A DNA stretch of 64,000 nt from Nocardioides sp. (GCF_964229035.1 NZ_CAXRAZ010000021.1:6812-70811); one strand, 5' to 3'. Numbered from the stretch's first letter, positions 51,508 to 63,767 are shown. Notes: generated by a model from the letters alone, not told the origin. Numbers and translations are program-made.

Positions 51508-51528
51508 GGCTCCCAGCTCCCGGGAGCC
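51508..51528 (+). terminator. hairpin GGCTCCC-agctccc-GGGAGCC after the collagen-like gene
   Basis: 7-bp stem, 10 nt after the stop, with no U tract. A further 13-bp inverted repeat (51548-51560 / 51578-51590) bridges to the convergent thioesterase gene end. Confidence 0.3.
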
Positions 51529-51574
51529 CGCACGAGTGATGACCGTCCGGCCCGGGCGCGAGACCTCGGGGGGG

Positions 51575-52462
51575 TCACGCGCCCGGGCCGTCCGGATTCG
51601 GGCCCGAGAGGTCGACCGTGCGCCGGGTGTTCACCAGGGCGGTGACCGTCGCGATCCCGAAGACCCCGTCGGCGTCGAAGACCTCCGCGCTGCCCACCGC
51701 GACGCCGTCCTGGCGCAGGTGGGTGAGCGAGCGCAGCCCCAGCGAGGTCGTGCGCGGCGCGCGCGTAAGGGCCAGGTCGACGTCGGTGTTGATGTGCTCC
51801 ACGCCGCGGTCGCCCCAGTTGGTGACCATGCTGGTGGCGTCGGCGATCGAGGCCGCGGCCGCGAACGGTGAGCACTCCTCCCCCACCACGATCGGGACGC
51901 CGGTCTGCCAGGTGGCGTGGCGGCCGTCGTTCTGGTGCTCGCCGAAGCTCTCCGACCACGGCTCCCGGCTCGTGAACATCGGCACGTGGTGCTCCCCCGC
52001 GGGTCGCGCAATCGCCGGCACCTCCGGCCCCGGCTCCCGGTCGGGGTCACCGACGGGCCAGACCCGACCGGCCGGATCCGCACTCGGCCGCAGGAAGGTC
52101 GCCCCGGCGCGCGCCACCAGCACGTCGTCCTGCAGCAGCCGGGCCTCGAGCAGCACGAGCCGCGGCCCCTCACGCAGCACCTGCACCTCGACCCTGCTCG
52201 CCACCATCCCAGCCGGGCGGAAGAGATCGACGTGCCAGCGCGCCGGGACGACGTCACCACGCCCGGCGTCGGCAAGGCGCTGCTCGACCCCCCGTGCGAG
52301 CAGACCGGCGACGGCGACGCCGTGCATCTGGTCGCTTCGCCACAGGCTCGCAGCCAGCGGCTCGGGAGCGACGACCTCCCGTCCGCTACCGTCCTGACCG
52401 GCGGGGCGGAACCAGGCGAACTGGAACGCGTTCTCTTCCACCCCCGCATCATCCCCGCTCAC
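51575..52462 (-). CDS. acyl-CoA thioesterase-like (double hot-dog) family protein
   Basis: Size and the pattern W..DQMHGVAVAGLLARG resemble TesB-like thioesterase-superfamily proteins. This is a weaker assignment. Confidence 0.6.
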   Translation of the reverse strand: MSGDDAGVEENAFQFAWFRPAGQDGSGREVVAPEPLAASLWRSDQMHGVAVAGLLARGVEQRLADAGRGDVVPARWHVDLFRPAGMVASRVEVQVLREGPRLVLLEARLLQDDVLVARAGATFLRPSADPAGRVWPVGDPDREPGPEVPAIARPAGEHHVPMFTSREPWSESFGEHQNDGRHATWQTGVPIVVGEECSPFAAAASIADATSMVTNWGDRGVEHINTDVDLALTRAPRTTSLGLRSLTHLRQDGVAVGSAEVFDADGVFGIATVTALVNTRRTVDLSGPNPDGPGA

Positions 52463-52542
52463 CCCCGAGGACGACGCAGCGCCCCGCGGAACTCTGCAGG
52501 AGAGATCCGCGAGGCGCTGCGATCAGCGGCCCGGCCGGGGCC

Positions 52543-55368
<2,826 letters not shown>

Positions 55369-55384
55369 CAGGGGCGGCTTCCTC

Positions 55385-55532
55385 ACGGTGTCGTGTGATC
55401 AAAAGCCTCCCCCTCTGTCGTCGCGCCGTCGCGACTCCAGAGTTGCCTGCTCCGCACGGTCCGGGCGCCTGAGAGGTTCCGGGGAGGAATTGCCCCTTCG
55501 GCGCAGGATCGGGTCCTGACTCTCCCGTGCAG
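55385..55532 (-). promoter_or_regulatory. glycine riboswitch (one full aptamer plus a truncated second element) in the gcvP leader
   Basis: The minus strand reads GCACGGGAGAGUCAGGA..UCCUGCGCCGAAGGGGCAAUUCCUCCCCGGAACCUCUCAGGCGCCCGGACCGUGC, with P1 GCACGG/CCGUGC. This is followed by CUCUGGAGUCGCGACGGCGCGACGACAGAG. GGCUU (55407-55403) can pair with AAGCC (55380-55376), next to the GAGGAAG SD. Confidence 0.8.
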
Positions 55533-55611
55533 CATCAACAGCGCCGCCAGACTACCCCAGCGCGCCGACGCCGCGGGGCGCCGCGCAGGAATCAGGCAGC
55601 GGCGATCGGCG

Positions 55612-56199
55612 TCAGCCAGCGCTGCGGGCGGCGCGGCGGGCGGCGAGCTCGTCGCCCTCGGCAGGGCCGGCGGCCGCGGTGCTCTCGCCGGGCAGCTCGG
55701 CCAGCGTGCCCTCGATCTCGCGCCACACGCCGCCGATGGCGATGCCGAACACGCCCTGGCCGCCCTGGAGGAGGTCGATGACCTCGTCGTTGCTGGTGCA
55801 CTCGTAGACCGACGCTCCGTCACTCATCAGCGTGACCTGGGTGAGGTCGTCGGTGCCCCGCTCACGCAGGTGGCCGACGGCCGTGCGGATCTGCTGCAGC
55901 GAGACGCCGGCGTCCAGCAGTCGCTTGATGATCTTGAGGATCAAGATGTCCTGGAAGCTGTAGAGCCGCTGCGAGCCGGAGCCCGAGGCACCGCGGACGC
56001 TCGGCTCGATGAGCCCGGTGCGCGCCCAGTAGTCCAGCTGGCGGTAGGTGATGCCGGCGGCGTTGCACGCGGTCGGGCCGCGGTAGCCGAGGTCGCTGGG
56101 CAGCGGCGAGACGTCGTCGGTGAACAGCAGACCCTGCTCGGCGGCGGCCGTGGTGGCGGCAGCGGCATCCGGGCCGATCTTCTCGGGCTGCTCGTTCAC
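55612..56199 (-). CDS. MerR family transcriptional regulator (Rv1830-like)
   Basis: GITYRQLDYWARTGLIEPS...RLYSFQDILILKIIKRLLDAGVSLQQIR. GTG start preceded by GGAGG. Confidence 0.8.
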   Translation of the reverse strand: MNEQPEKIGPDAAAATTAAAEQGLLFTDDVSPLPSDLGYRGPTACNAAGITYRQLDYWARTGLIEPSVRGASGSGSQRLYSFQDILILKIIKRLLDAGVSLQQIRTAVGHLRERGTDDLTQVTLMSDGASVYECTSNDEVIDLLQGGQGVFGIAIGGVWREIEGTLAELPGESTAAAGPAEGDELAARRAARSAG

Positions 56200-56352
56200 G
56201 GGTCCTCCACGGGGCGCGGCACTTCACGGGTGTCGAACGGGCTGTTGCGACGACGGTTCACGGTACGGCCGGCGCGCGTGGCGGGTCAAAGACCTGCTCG
56301 GGCGTGTCGGGAAAACCCTCAGGCTCCACCTGAGCCTCAGCAGCGTCCCCGG

Positions 56353-56832
56353 TCAGCTCGCCCCGCCCTCGGGCTCGAAGTCCTCCGGCGAGACGTGGTC
56401 GAGGAACTCGCGGAACGCCTCCACCTCGTCCTCCTCCTCGGCGGGTGCGGCGATCCCGGCTTCGGCCAGGACCTCGTCGGAGCAGTAGATCGTCGTGCCG
56501 GTGCGCAGCGCGAGGGCGATGGAGTCCGAGGGGCGGGCGCTGACCTCCTCGCCGGAGTCGAACACGAGGGTGGCGAAGAAGACGCCGTCGCGCACGTCGG
56601 TGATGCGGACCTGGCTGAGGCCGTGTCCGGTGGCCTGCAGGATGTCGCGGATCAGGTCGTGGGTGAGCGGGCGTGGCGGCACCACGCCCTGCTGCGCGAA
56701 CGCGATCGCGGTGGCCTCCACCGCGCCGATCCAGATCGGCAGGTAGCGCTCACCGCTCGCCTCGCGCAACAGCACGATCGGCTGGTTGGAGGGCATCTCC
56801 ACCCGGACTCCCAGGACGTCGACCTCGCGCAT
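56353..56832 (-). CDS. bifunctional nuclease family protein (DUF151, Rv1829-like)
   Basis: ATG at 56832. MREVDVLGVRVEMPSNQPIVLLRE..RYLPIWIGAVEATAIAFA...PRPLTHDL. Confidence 0.8.
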   Translation of the reverse strand: MREVDVLGVRVEMPSNQPIVLLREASGERYLPIWIGAVEATAIAFAQQGVVPPRPLTHDLIRDILQATGHGLSQVRITDVRDGVFFATLVFDSGEEVSARPSDSIALALRTGTTIYCSDEVLAEAGIAAPAEEEDEVEAFREFLDHVSPEDFEPEGGAS

Positions 56833-56898
56833 GCGGCCAGCGTACTGCGCGGCGGTGACGCACCGTCGAGGCCCGTCGACCGCGCCCCGTGCACGCAC

Positions 56899-57630
56899 TC
56901 AGGAGCGGCGCAGACCCGCCTTGACGAGGGTCGCGTGCAGCCGCACGGTGAGCGCGGCGATCTCGCTGACGGCGTCGTCGGCTCGGGCCGAGGCGCCGGC
57001 GTCGCGGCTGCGCCGCACCGGCGCGACGATCTGCTGGATCAGTCCGACCTCGCGGTCGGCGGCGCTGCGGAAGGCCCGCAGGTGCCGCGGCTCGATGCCG
57101 AAGTCGCCGAGCTCACGCGCGGTGCGGGCGATCACCAGCGCGTCGCTGTCGTAGTGACCGGTGGCCGAGGGACTCAGCAGCGCGAAGTCCTCGAGCTCGG
57201 TGAGCAGGGCGTCGTCGATCTCGGCCACCTTGAGCAGCTCCTTGCGCGAGAGGCGCAAGCGGTCGCTGCGACGGAAGGACTCCGGCGAGGGCAGACCGTC
57301 GACGCCGGTGGCCACCACCGGCACGGTGGGCACGACGGGCTCGGGAGTGGGCGGCTGCAGGCCGCGATCCATGGCGTCGAGGTGTTCGCCGATCACCTTG
57401 AGCGGCAGGTAGTGGTCGCGCTGCATCCGCAGGATGTAGCGCAGCCGTGCGATGTCGGCCTCGGAGAACTTGCGGTAGCCCGACGGCGTGCGCTCGGGCT
57501 TGATGAGGCCCTCGGACTCCAGGAACCGGATCTTCGGGATCGTGACGTCCTCGAAGTCGGGGTGGAGTCGGTCGAGGACCTGGCCGATGCTGAGCAGCGG
57601 CTGCTGCTCCTCGCGGGCGAGGCCCACCAC
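56899..57630 (-). CDS. MerR family transcriptional regulator (Rv1828-like)
   Basis: GTG at 57630, 2 nt after the garA stop. LSIGQVLDRLHPDFEDVTIPKIRFLESEGLIKPERTPSGYRKFSEADIARLRYIL. Confidence 0.8.
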   Translation of the reverse strand: MVGLAREEQQPLLSIGQVLDRLHPDFEDVTIPKIRFLESEGLIKPERTPSGYRKFSEADIARLRYILRMQRDHYLPLKVIGEHLDAMDRGLQPPTPEPVVPTVPVVATGVDGLPSPESFRRSDRLRLSRKELLKVAEIDDALLTELEDFALLSPSATGHYDSDALVIARTARELGDFGIEPRHLRAFRSAADREVGLIQQIVAPVRRSRDAGASARADDAVSEIAALTVRLHATLVKAGLRRS

Positions 57631-57632
57631 GC

Positions 57633-58148
57633 CTAGACGCTCTCGTGCCCGGCGAAGAACACCAGTCGGTACTTCCCGACCTGCACCTCGTCGCTGTCCT
57701 TCAGCTGGGTCTTCTCGATGCGGTCGCGGTTGACGTAGGTGCCGTTGAGGCTCCCGGCGTCCTCGACCGTGAACGTGGCCCCGTCGCGGCGGAAGATCGC
57801 GTGACGGCGCGAGACCGTGACGTCGTCGAGGAAGATCCCGCTGTCGGGGTGGCGCCCCGCGGTCACCTCGTCGGCGTCGAGCAGGAACCGGCTGCCCGAG
57901 CCCGGTCCCTTCTGGACGACGAGCAGCGCGTGACCCACCGGCAGCGCGTCGACAGCGGCGGCGTCCACGGCGCTGAGCGCCCGGTCGGAGGTCTCGATCC
58001 GGTCGGCCCCCGAGCCGCCGAACTGGATGGTGGTCGTGGCGTCGATCGGCGCTGCTGCGGCCTCGGCGCCCACCAGGCGCGTGCCGCACTGCGAGCAGAA
58101 GCGCGCGTCGTCGGGGTTCTGCCGGCCACAGGCGGTGCAGAACGGCAT
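57633..58148 (-). CDS. garA: FHA-domain regulator GarA/OdhI homolog with N-terminal zinc-ribbon
   Basis: FHA core TAGRHPDSGIFLDDVTVSRRHAIF...GSLNGTYVN. N-terminus CTACGRQNPDDARFCSQCG. The position matches Rv1827 synteny. Confidence 0.8.
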   Translation of the reverse strand: MPFCTACGRQNPDDARFCSQCGTRLVGAEAAAAPIDATTTIQFGGSGADRIETSDRALSAVDAAAVDALPVGHALLVVQKGPGSGSRFLLDADEVTAGRHPDSGIFLDDVTVSRRHAIFRRDGATFTVEDAGSLNGTYVNRDRIEKTQLKDSDEVQVGKYRLVFFAGHESV

Positions 58149-58201
58149 CAGTCGTCAGCTCCTCGGCGGTTCATGGAGGGAATGGTGTCGAACCTACCGG
58201 A

Positions 58202-58591
58202 TCAACCGTCGAGCTGGGCCTCGTAGGCCGCAGCATCGAGGAGGGCGTCGACGTCGGCCGCCTGCGCGGGGACGACCTCGAAGAGCCAGCCCTCGCCGTA
58301 GGGGTCGCTGTTGACGAGCTCGGGGGTGGCGTCGAGGGCGTCGTTGACGGCCACGACCTCGCCGGCGATGGGCGCGTAGACGTCGCTCACCGACTTGGTC
58401 GACTCGAGCTCGCCGACGGCGGCGCCGGCGTCGATCGCGGTGCCGACCTCGGGCAGGGAGACGTAGACGATGTCGCCGAGCGCGTCCTGCGCGGAGTCGG
58501 TGATGCCGATGCGGACCGAACCCGCCGCTCTGCCGGGCGTGCGCACCCACTCGTGCTCGACGGTGTACTTCAGCTCAGGGGGGTTCGTCAT
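58202..58591 (-). CDS. gcvH: glycine cleavage system H protein
   Basis: YTVEHEWV, and the lipoyl-Lys block VGELESTKSVSDVYAP. Confidence 0.95.
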   Translation of the reverse strand: MTNPPELKYTVEHEWVRTPGRAAGSVRIGITDSAQDALGDIVYVSLPEVGTAIDAGAAVGELESTKSVSDVYAPIAGEVVAVNDALDATPELVNSDPYGEGWLFEVVPAQAADVDALLDAAAYEAQLDG

Positions 58592-58601
58592 GGCGAGAAG
58601 G

Positions 58602-59396
58602 CTACTGCCCCTGATCGGGCACGGCGTACCGCGTCCCGGCGCGTCGTGAGACCGCCTCGATGTCGACCACCTTGAGCTGGCGGACGGCGACGCGGGCGCC
58701 GTCGTCCTGCAGCTGCTTGCGGGGACCGAGGGCGAAGCGGATCGCCGAGGCGAGCAGGCCGGGCTCGCCGATCGCCTCGACCACGTAGGGCGGCTCGACG
58801 CGCTCGCCGTCGACGAGGAACCCGCCGTCGGTCTCCTCGAAGGCGGTCTGGGCGACCACGCGCACCTCGCCGTTGATCGCGATCGCCTCGGCTCCCACCG
58901 TGCGCAGCTCCTGCACCGTGTCGAGCAGCGATCCGAGGCGGACCCGACCGGTCTCCTCGGTGATGCGGATGCGGATGCCCGGTCCGGTGACCGGCACCAG
59001 CCCCGCCAGCACGTTCAGACCGTCGACCGTGCTCTGCGCCTGCTCCAGGGCGGTCTGGCGCCGCGTGCCCTCGTCACGCAGACCCGCCGCGACGTCCTCG
59101 AGCCGGGCGACCTCGGCCTCCGTGCGCTGGCGGGTGCCCGAGAGTCCGTTGAGCAGGTCGATGAGCTCCTGCTGGCGCAGCCCGGAGTAGGTCTCGTCGC
59201 CACCGCTGACCCGCACCTGGGTGACCGCGGCGAAGCCGAGGGCGGCGAGCAGCACCGCGGCCACGACCTGGCGTCGCGACGGTCGCGTCAGCACGTGGCG
59301 CAGCCGCTGGACGACGGGCGGCCGGGCGGCCGCGACCTCTCCCCCGGCGTCCGGATGCTTCTGCCCGGGCTGCTCCTCGCGCGCCTGATCAGGCAT
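58602..59396 (-). CDS. DUF881 domain membrane protein (Rv1825-like)
   Basis: ATG at 59396. One TM, a coiled region, then GPGIRIRI...ELRTVGAEAIAING.R......F. Confidence 0.75.
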   Translation of the reverse strand: MPDQAREEQPGQKHPDAGGEVAAARPPVVQRLRHVLTRPSRRQVVAAVLLAALGFAAVTQVRVSGGDETYSGLRQQELIDLLNGLSGTRQRTEAEVARLEDVAAGLRDEGTRRQTALEQAQSTVDGLNVLAGLVPVTGPGIRIRITEETGRVRLGSLLDTVQELRTVGAEAIAINGEVRVVAQTAFEETDGGFLVDGERVEPPYVVEAIGEPGLLASAIRFALGPRKQLQDDGARVAVRQLKVVDIEAVSRRAGTRYAVPDQGQ

Positions 59397-59721
59397 GGAA
59401 GACGTGCCTCCGGATCGCGGCCGCGTTGGTGAAGATGCGGATGCCGAGGACGACGATGACGCCCGTGGAGAGCTGGCCACCGACGCCGAGGCGGTCGCCC
59501 AGGTAGACGATGCCGGCGGCGATGACGACGTTGCTGACGAAGGAGACCACGAAGACCTTGTCGTCGAAGATCCCGTCGAGCCAGGCGCGCAGGGCGCCGA
59601 GCACGGCGTCGAGCGCGGCCACCACCGCGATGGGCAGGTAGGGCTCGAGTCCCTGCGGCACGTCGGGCTGGAACACCAGGCCCAGCACCACTCCGACGAG
59701 GAGTCCGAGAACGGCGATCAC
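59389..59721 (-). CDS. small basic membrane protein (DUF1290, Rv1824-like)
   Basis: The GTG at 59721 overlaps the upstream stop (GTGA). VIAVLGLLVGVVLGLVF...PIAVVAALDAVLGALRA. Confidence 0.7.
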   Translation of the reverse strand: MIAVLGLLVGVVLGLVFQPDVPQGLEPYLPIAVVAALDAVLGALRAWLDGIFDDKVFVVSFVSNVVIAAGIVYLGDRLGVGGQLSTGVIVVLGIRIFTNAAAIRRHVFHA

Positions 59722-60632
59722 GGTGCGCCACCTCCGGCGGTCTTGGGGGTCGGGTTGCGCTGGGCGTAGCGGATCTGGCGGGCTGAGGCGGGCGCCGCGG
59801 CGAGCCGGATGTCGTCGTCGTCCGCGACGTCGTAGCGGAAACCGTACTGCCGGGCGAGGGCCAGGAACTGCAGGCCGGCGCCCGACTCGGCGAGGTCGGC
59901 GGCCAGCGTGCGCTGGTCGCCGATCGCGAGGAGCGTGTAGGGCGGGGCGACGCCGACGCCGTTGACCTCGATCGCGTCCCCCGAGGTGCGGATGCCGGTG
60001 ACGGCGGTGACGCGCTGGCCGTTGATCGCGATCGCCTCGGCGCCCGCCGACCACAGCGCATCGCTCAGCAGTGCCAGGTCGGAGTCGCGCAGGGTCTCGT
60101 TGCCGCCCGCGTCCGGCGCGTTGTCGACCACCACGCGGATGCCGTCGCCGGTGACGGGCTCGAAGCCGGTGACGGCGCCCACCGAGGCCAGGCGCCCCTG
60201 CGCGGCGGAGTAGTCGTCGCTCAGAGCGGCCAGGTAGCGGTCGGCCGCCGTGTTGCTCGCACGCAGTCGCGCGATGTCGCGCTGCAGGACGGCGACCCGG
60301 TCGCGGCGGATGTTGATGCGCTCGACGAGGTCGGCGCGGCTCGCGGTGTCGACGTCGGCGTTGCGACTGGTCTGGGCCGCGGCGATCGTGACCAGCAGGG
60401 CGAAGATGCCGACGACCCCGACCACCGCCACGCGCAGCCGTGCGCTGGACCGTCGCGGGGCGGCACCCGCGCCTCGACGCGCCGCGGCGGAGAGGTAGTC
60501 GCGGTCCAGCGCGTCGGCCGTGATGAGCGCCAGCAGCGGCGTGCGGGACCGGTCGAGAGGGGCCGCGGCCTCGGCGGTCCCGCCGGAGGCGGGGTCCGAC
60601 GGCGTGCCGGGACGGTGGAGCAGGTCAGCCAT
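59718..60632 (-). CDS. DUF881 domain membrane protein (Rv1823-like)
   Basis: ATG at 60632. GDGIRVVVDN...LWSAGAEAIAINGQRV. It is a paralog of 58602-59396. Confidence 0.75.
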   Translation of the reverse strand: MADLLHRPGTPSDPASGGTAEAAAPLDRSRTPLLALITADALDRDYLSAAARRGAGAAPRRSSARLRVAVVGVVGIFALLVTIAAAQTSRNADVDTASRADLVERINIRRDRVAVLQRDIARLRASNTAADRYLAALSDDYSAAQGRLASVGAVTGFEPVTGDGIRVVVDNAPDAGGNETLRDSDLALLSDALWSAGAEAIAINGQRVTAVTGIRTSGDAIEVNGVGVAPPYTLLAIGDQRTLAADLAESGAGLQFLALARQYGFRYDVADDDDIRLAAAPASARQIRYAQRNPTPKTAGGGAP

Positions 60633-61272
60633 CGGCCGTCGCCGATCGCGGTCGTCGCCGGTCGGTGGTGGCCAGCAGGCGACGGACCTGCCAGGCGTAG
60701 AGCACCCCCGCCCACCAGTACAGACCGACACCCCACAGGGCCAGCGACCAGCCGAAGATCTGCGCGAGCGTGGCTGCCGTGCCCTCGCCGTCGCCGAGGA
60801 ACAGCAGGGGGAAGGCGTAGAGGAGGTTGAAGGTCGCGGCCTTGCCGAGGAAGTGCACGGGCAGGGCGCTGTAGCCGCGCGTGCGCAGCAGCGGCACCAG
60901 CCCCCAGAGCAGCAGGTCGCGCAGCGGCAGCGAGAGCGCCAGCCACCACGGGATCACGTCGCGCAGGGCCAGACCGAGCACGACCGCGAGGATGTAGAGC
61001 CGGTCGGCGACCGGATCGAGCAGACGGCCCAGCTCGGAGGTCTGCCCGAGTCGGCGGGCGAGCCAGCCGTCGAGGTAGTCGGTGACCCCCGACACCATGA
61101 GGACGACGAGCGCCCACAGGTCGGCCTCGGGACCGAGCACGAGCCACAGGAACAGCGGGACGCCGAGCAACCGCGAGGCGCTCAGCACGTTGGGGATCGT
61201 GAGGATGCGGTCGGTGGCGACCTCGGGCTCGCCGCGCTGCTGTCCTCCCACGTCGCCAACCCTAGTGCTCAC
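60625..61272 (-). CDS. CDP-alcohol phosphatidyltransferase (PgsA-like, Rv1822-like)
   Basis: Motif DYLDGWLARRLGQTSELGRLLDPVADR. Start at the GTG at 61272 or 61251. Confidence 0.8.
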   Translation of the reverse strand: MSTRVGDVGGQQRGEPEVATDRILTIPNVLSASRLLGVPLFLWLVLGPEADLWALVVLMVSGVTDYLDGWLARRLGQTSELGRLLDPVADRLYILAVVLGLALRDVIPWWLALSLPLRDLLLWGLVPLLRTRGYSALPVHFLGKAATFNLLYAFPLLFLGDGEGTAATLAQIFGWSLALWGVGLYWWAGVLYAWQVRRLLATTDRRRPRSATADG

Positions 61273-61288
61273 ACCCGCCCCCGATCGC

Positions 61289-62374
61289 TCACGGGTGCTC
61301 CCCCGGGCGCGGCCCAGCGACGGCGACGTCGTCGGCGTGGGCGGCGTCGCGGATCTCACCCACGAGCTCCTCGATGACGTCCTCGAGAGCAGCGATCCCG
61401 AGCGTCGTCCCGCTGGTGTCGACCACGCGCGCCATGTGCGAGCCGCGGCGCTGCAGCACCGCGAGCGCGTCGTGGAGCGGGGTGTCGGGCAGCACGGTGG
61501 CCAGGGGCCGGATCCAGCGGTCGGCCACGGGCCGAAGCCGGCGTTCCTCGTCGGGTTCGAGGACGTCCTTGATGTGCAGGTAGCCCACCAGGGTGCCGTC
61601 CGCGGTGACGGGGAAACGGCTGAAGCCCGTCGTGGCGCAGAGCGCTTCGACGTCGGCGCCGGTGGAGCCCCGTTCGACCGTGGTCATCTCCGCCGCCGGC
61701 AGCAGCACCTCGGCGACGGTCTTCTCGGTGAAGCCGAGGGCACCCGACAGGCGGTCGTACTCGCCCTCGGCGATCAGGCCCTCGCCCCGTGACTCCTCCA
61801 CCAGTGCCGCCACCTCCTCGCGCGTGAACGTGCTGCTCACCTCGTCCTTGGGTTCGACGCGGAGCGCCCGGAGGATGGCGTTGGCCAGGGCGTTGATGCT
61901 GACGATCACCGGCTTGAGCACGAGCACCACGGCGAACATCGGCGGACCGAGCACGAGGGCGGCGCGGTCGGGACCGGCGATCGCGATGTTCTTCGGCACC
62001 ATCTCGCCCAGCACGACGTGCAGGAAGACCACCAGCAGCAGCGCGATGACGAAGGCGACCGGGTGCAACCAGCCGTCGGGCACGTGGACCGCGTGCAGCA
62101 CCGGCTCGATGAGGTGCGCGACGGCTGGTTCGCCCACCGCACCGAGGCCCAGCGAACAGATCGTGATGCCGAGCTGCGCACCCGCCATCATCTGCGAGAC
62201 CTGCTCCATGGCGCGCAGGGTCACTCCGCCCACCCACGAGCCCTGCTGGGCGAGCGGTTCGATCTGACTGCGGCGAGCCGAGATCAGCGCGAACTCCGCT
62301 CCCACGAAGAAGGCGTTGGCCGCCAGCAGCACCACCGCCAGCAGCACTCCACCGAGGTCACCCACCGACCCCAC
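61289..62374 (-). CDS. CNNM/DUF21-CBS family membrane protein (hemolysin-like)
   Basis: NAFFVGAEFALISARRS (DUF21) plus a CBS pair. No CorC_HlyC tail is apparent. Confidence 0.8.
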   Translation of the reverse strand: MGSVGDLGGVLLAVVLLAANAFFVGAEFALISARRSQIEPLAQQGSWVGGVTLRAMEQVSQMMAGAQLGITICSLGLGAVGEPAVAHLIEPVLHAVHVPDGWLHPVAFVIALLLVVFLHVVLGEMVPKNIAIAGPDRAALVLGPPMFAVVLVLKPVIVSINALANAILRALRVEPKDEVSSTFTREEVAALVEESRGEGLIAEGEYDRLSGALGFTEKTVAEVLLPAAEMTTVERGSTGADVEALCATTGFSRFPVTADGTLVGYLHIKDVLEPDEERRLRPVADRWIRPLATVLPDTPLHDALAVLQRRGSHMARVVDTSGTTLGIAALEDVIEELVGEIRDAAHADDVAVAGPRPGEHP

Positions 62375-63713
62375 CCGCCTCGACGTAGATCTGCTCCACG
62401 CGCAGGGTGATGCGGTCGATGCGCAGCCCGTCCATGTGGTCGACGGTGAGCACCGCGCGGCGTCCGGGTTCGTCGTCCTCGGCCTCGCTGAGGACGACGG
62501 TCGCCCGGTCGCCCACGACCGGGATCCGCCCGAGCGCCTTGAGGATCAGTCCCGCGACGGTGTCGTAGTCCTCGGACTCGGGCAGCTCGACGCCGGCGAG
62601 GTCCTCGACCTCGTCGGGTCGCAGCAGGCCCGAGAGCGACCAGCTGCCGTCGCGGCGCAACCGGCCGCGGGCGCCGAGCCGGTCGTGCTCGTCGGCGATG
62701 TCGCCCACGATCTCCTCGATGACGTCCTCGAGGGTGACGATGCCGGCGTGGTCGCCGTACTCGTCGAGCACGATGGCCATCTGGAAGCTCTCCGCACGCA
62801 GCAGCGCGAGGAGCGGGTCGAGGCGCAGCGTGTCGGGCACGACGATCGGCCGCGCCATGAGGTGCTTGACCTTGGTGGTCGAGCGTTCGTGCAGCGGCAG
62901 GGCGACCGCGTTCTTGACGTGCACAGTGCCGACGACGGCGCTCGTCTCGTCGAGCACCGGGAAGCGGGAGTTCCCCGACTCGCGGGCCAGGTCGATGACC
63001 GCGCTCGCGCGGTCGTTGAGGTCGAGGCTGCGGGTGCGCACGCGCGGCGTCATGATCTCGCCCGCGGTGCGACTGCCGAACTCGACCGCACGCTCGACGA
63101 GCTCGGCGGTGTCGGGATCGAGGGTGCCCTCGTCGGCCGAGCGTTGGATGAGCGAGGCCAGCTCGGTGGAGCTGCGCGCCGAACGGAGCTCCTCGGCCGG
63201 CTCCACCCCGAGGCGCCGCACGATCGCGTTGGCCGAGCCGTTGAGCACGCGGATCGGGCCCCGACAGGCGGCGGTGAAGGCGCGCATGGGTCGCTGGGTC
63301 AGGCGGGCGGTGGTCAGGGGCAGCGCGATGGCGACGTTCTTGGGCACCAGCTCGCCGATCAGCATCGTCACCAGCGTGCTCAGCACGAGCGCGACGGCGA
63401 GGGCGGTGGGGCCGAGGGCGTCCTCGCCGATGCCGAGGCCCGCGAGCGGGTCGCGCATCAGTTCGGCGATCGCCGGCTCGGCCAGGAAGCCGATCGCCAG
63501 GTTGGTGACCGTGATCCCGACCTGGGCTCCGGAGAGCTGTGTCGAGAGGCTGCGCAGCGCCTTCTGCAGCCCGACGGCGGAGGCGTCACCCGCCTCGGCG
63601 GCACGGTCGACCTGCGAGCGGTCGACGGTGACGAAGGCGAACTCCGCGGCGACGAACAGGCCGCAGGCGAGGACGAGGAGGATGGCGAGCCCCAGCAGCA
63701 GCCAGGCGGTCAT
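62358..63713 (-). CDS. CNNM/DUF21-CBS-CorC_HlyC family membrane protein (hemolysin-like)
   Basis: FVAAEFAFVTVDRSQ (DUF21), a CBS pair and a CorC_HlyC-like C-terminus (VDHMDGLRIDRITLRV). Confidence 0.85.
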   Translation of the reverse strand: MTAWLLLGLAILLVLACGLFVAAEFAFVTVDRSQVDRAAEAGDASAVGLQKALRSLSTQLSGAQVGITVTNLAIGFLAEPAIAELMRDPLAGLGIGEDALGPTALAVALVLSTLVTMLIGELVPKNVAIALPLTTARLTQRPMRAFTAACRGPIRVLNGSANAIVRRLGVEPAEELRSARSSTELASLIQRSADEGTLDPDTAELVERAVEFGSRTAGEIMTPRVRTRSLDLNDRASAVIDLARESGNSRFPVLDETSAVVGTVHVKNAVALPLHERSTTKVKHLMARPIVVPDTLRLDPLLALLRAESFQMAIVLDEYGDHAGIVTLEDVIEEIVGDIADEHDRLGARGRLRRDGSWSLSGLLRPDEVEDLAGVELPESEDYDTVAGLILKALGRIPVVGDRATVVLSEAEDDEPGRRAVLTVDHMDGLRIDRITLRVEQIYVEAGGVGG

Positions 63714-63767
63714 CGGGGTCCTTCGTCAGCGGCGGGCGGCGGAACAGTGCGGGAAGCCTACCGGTGC

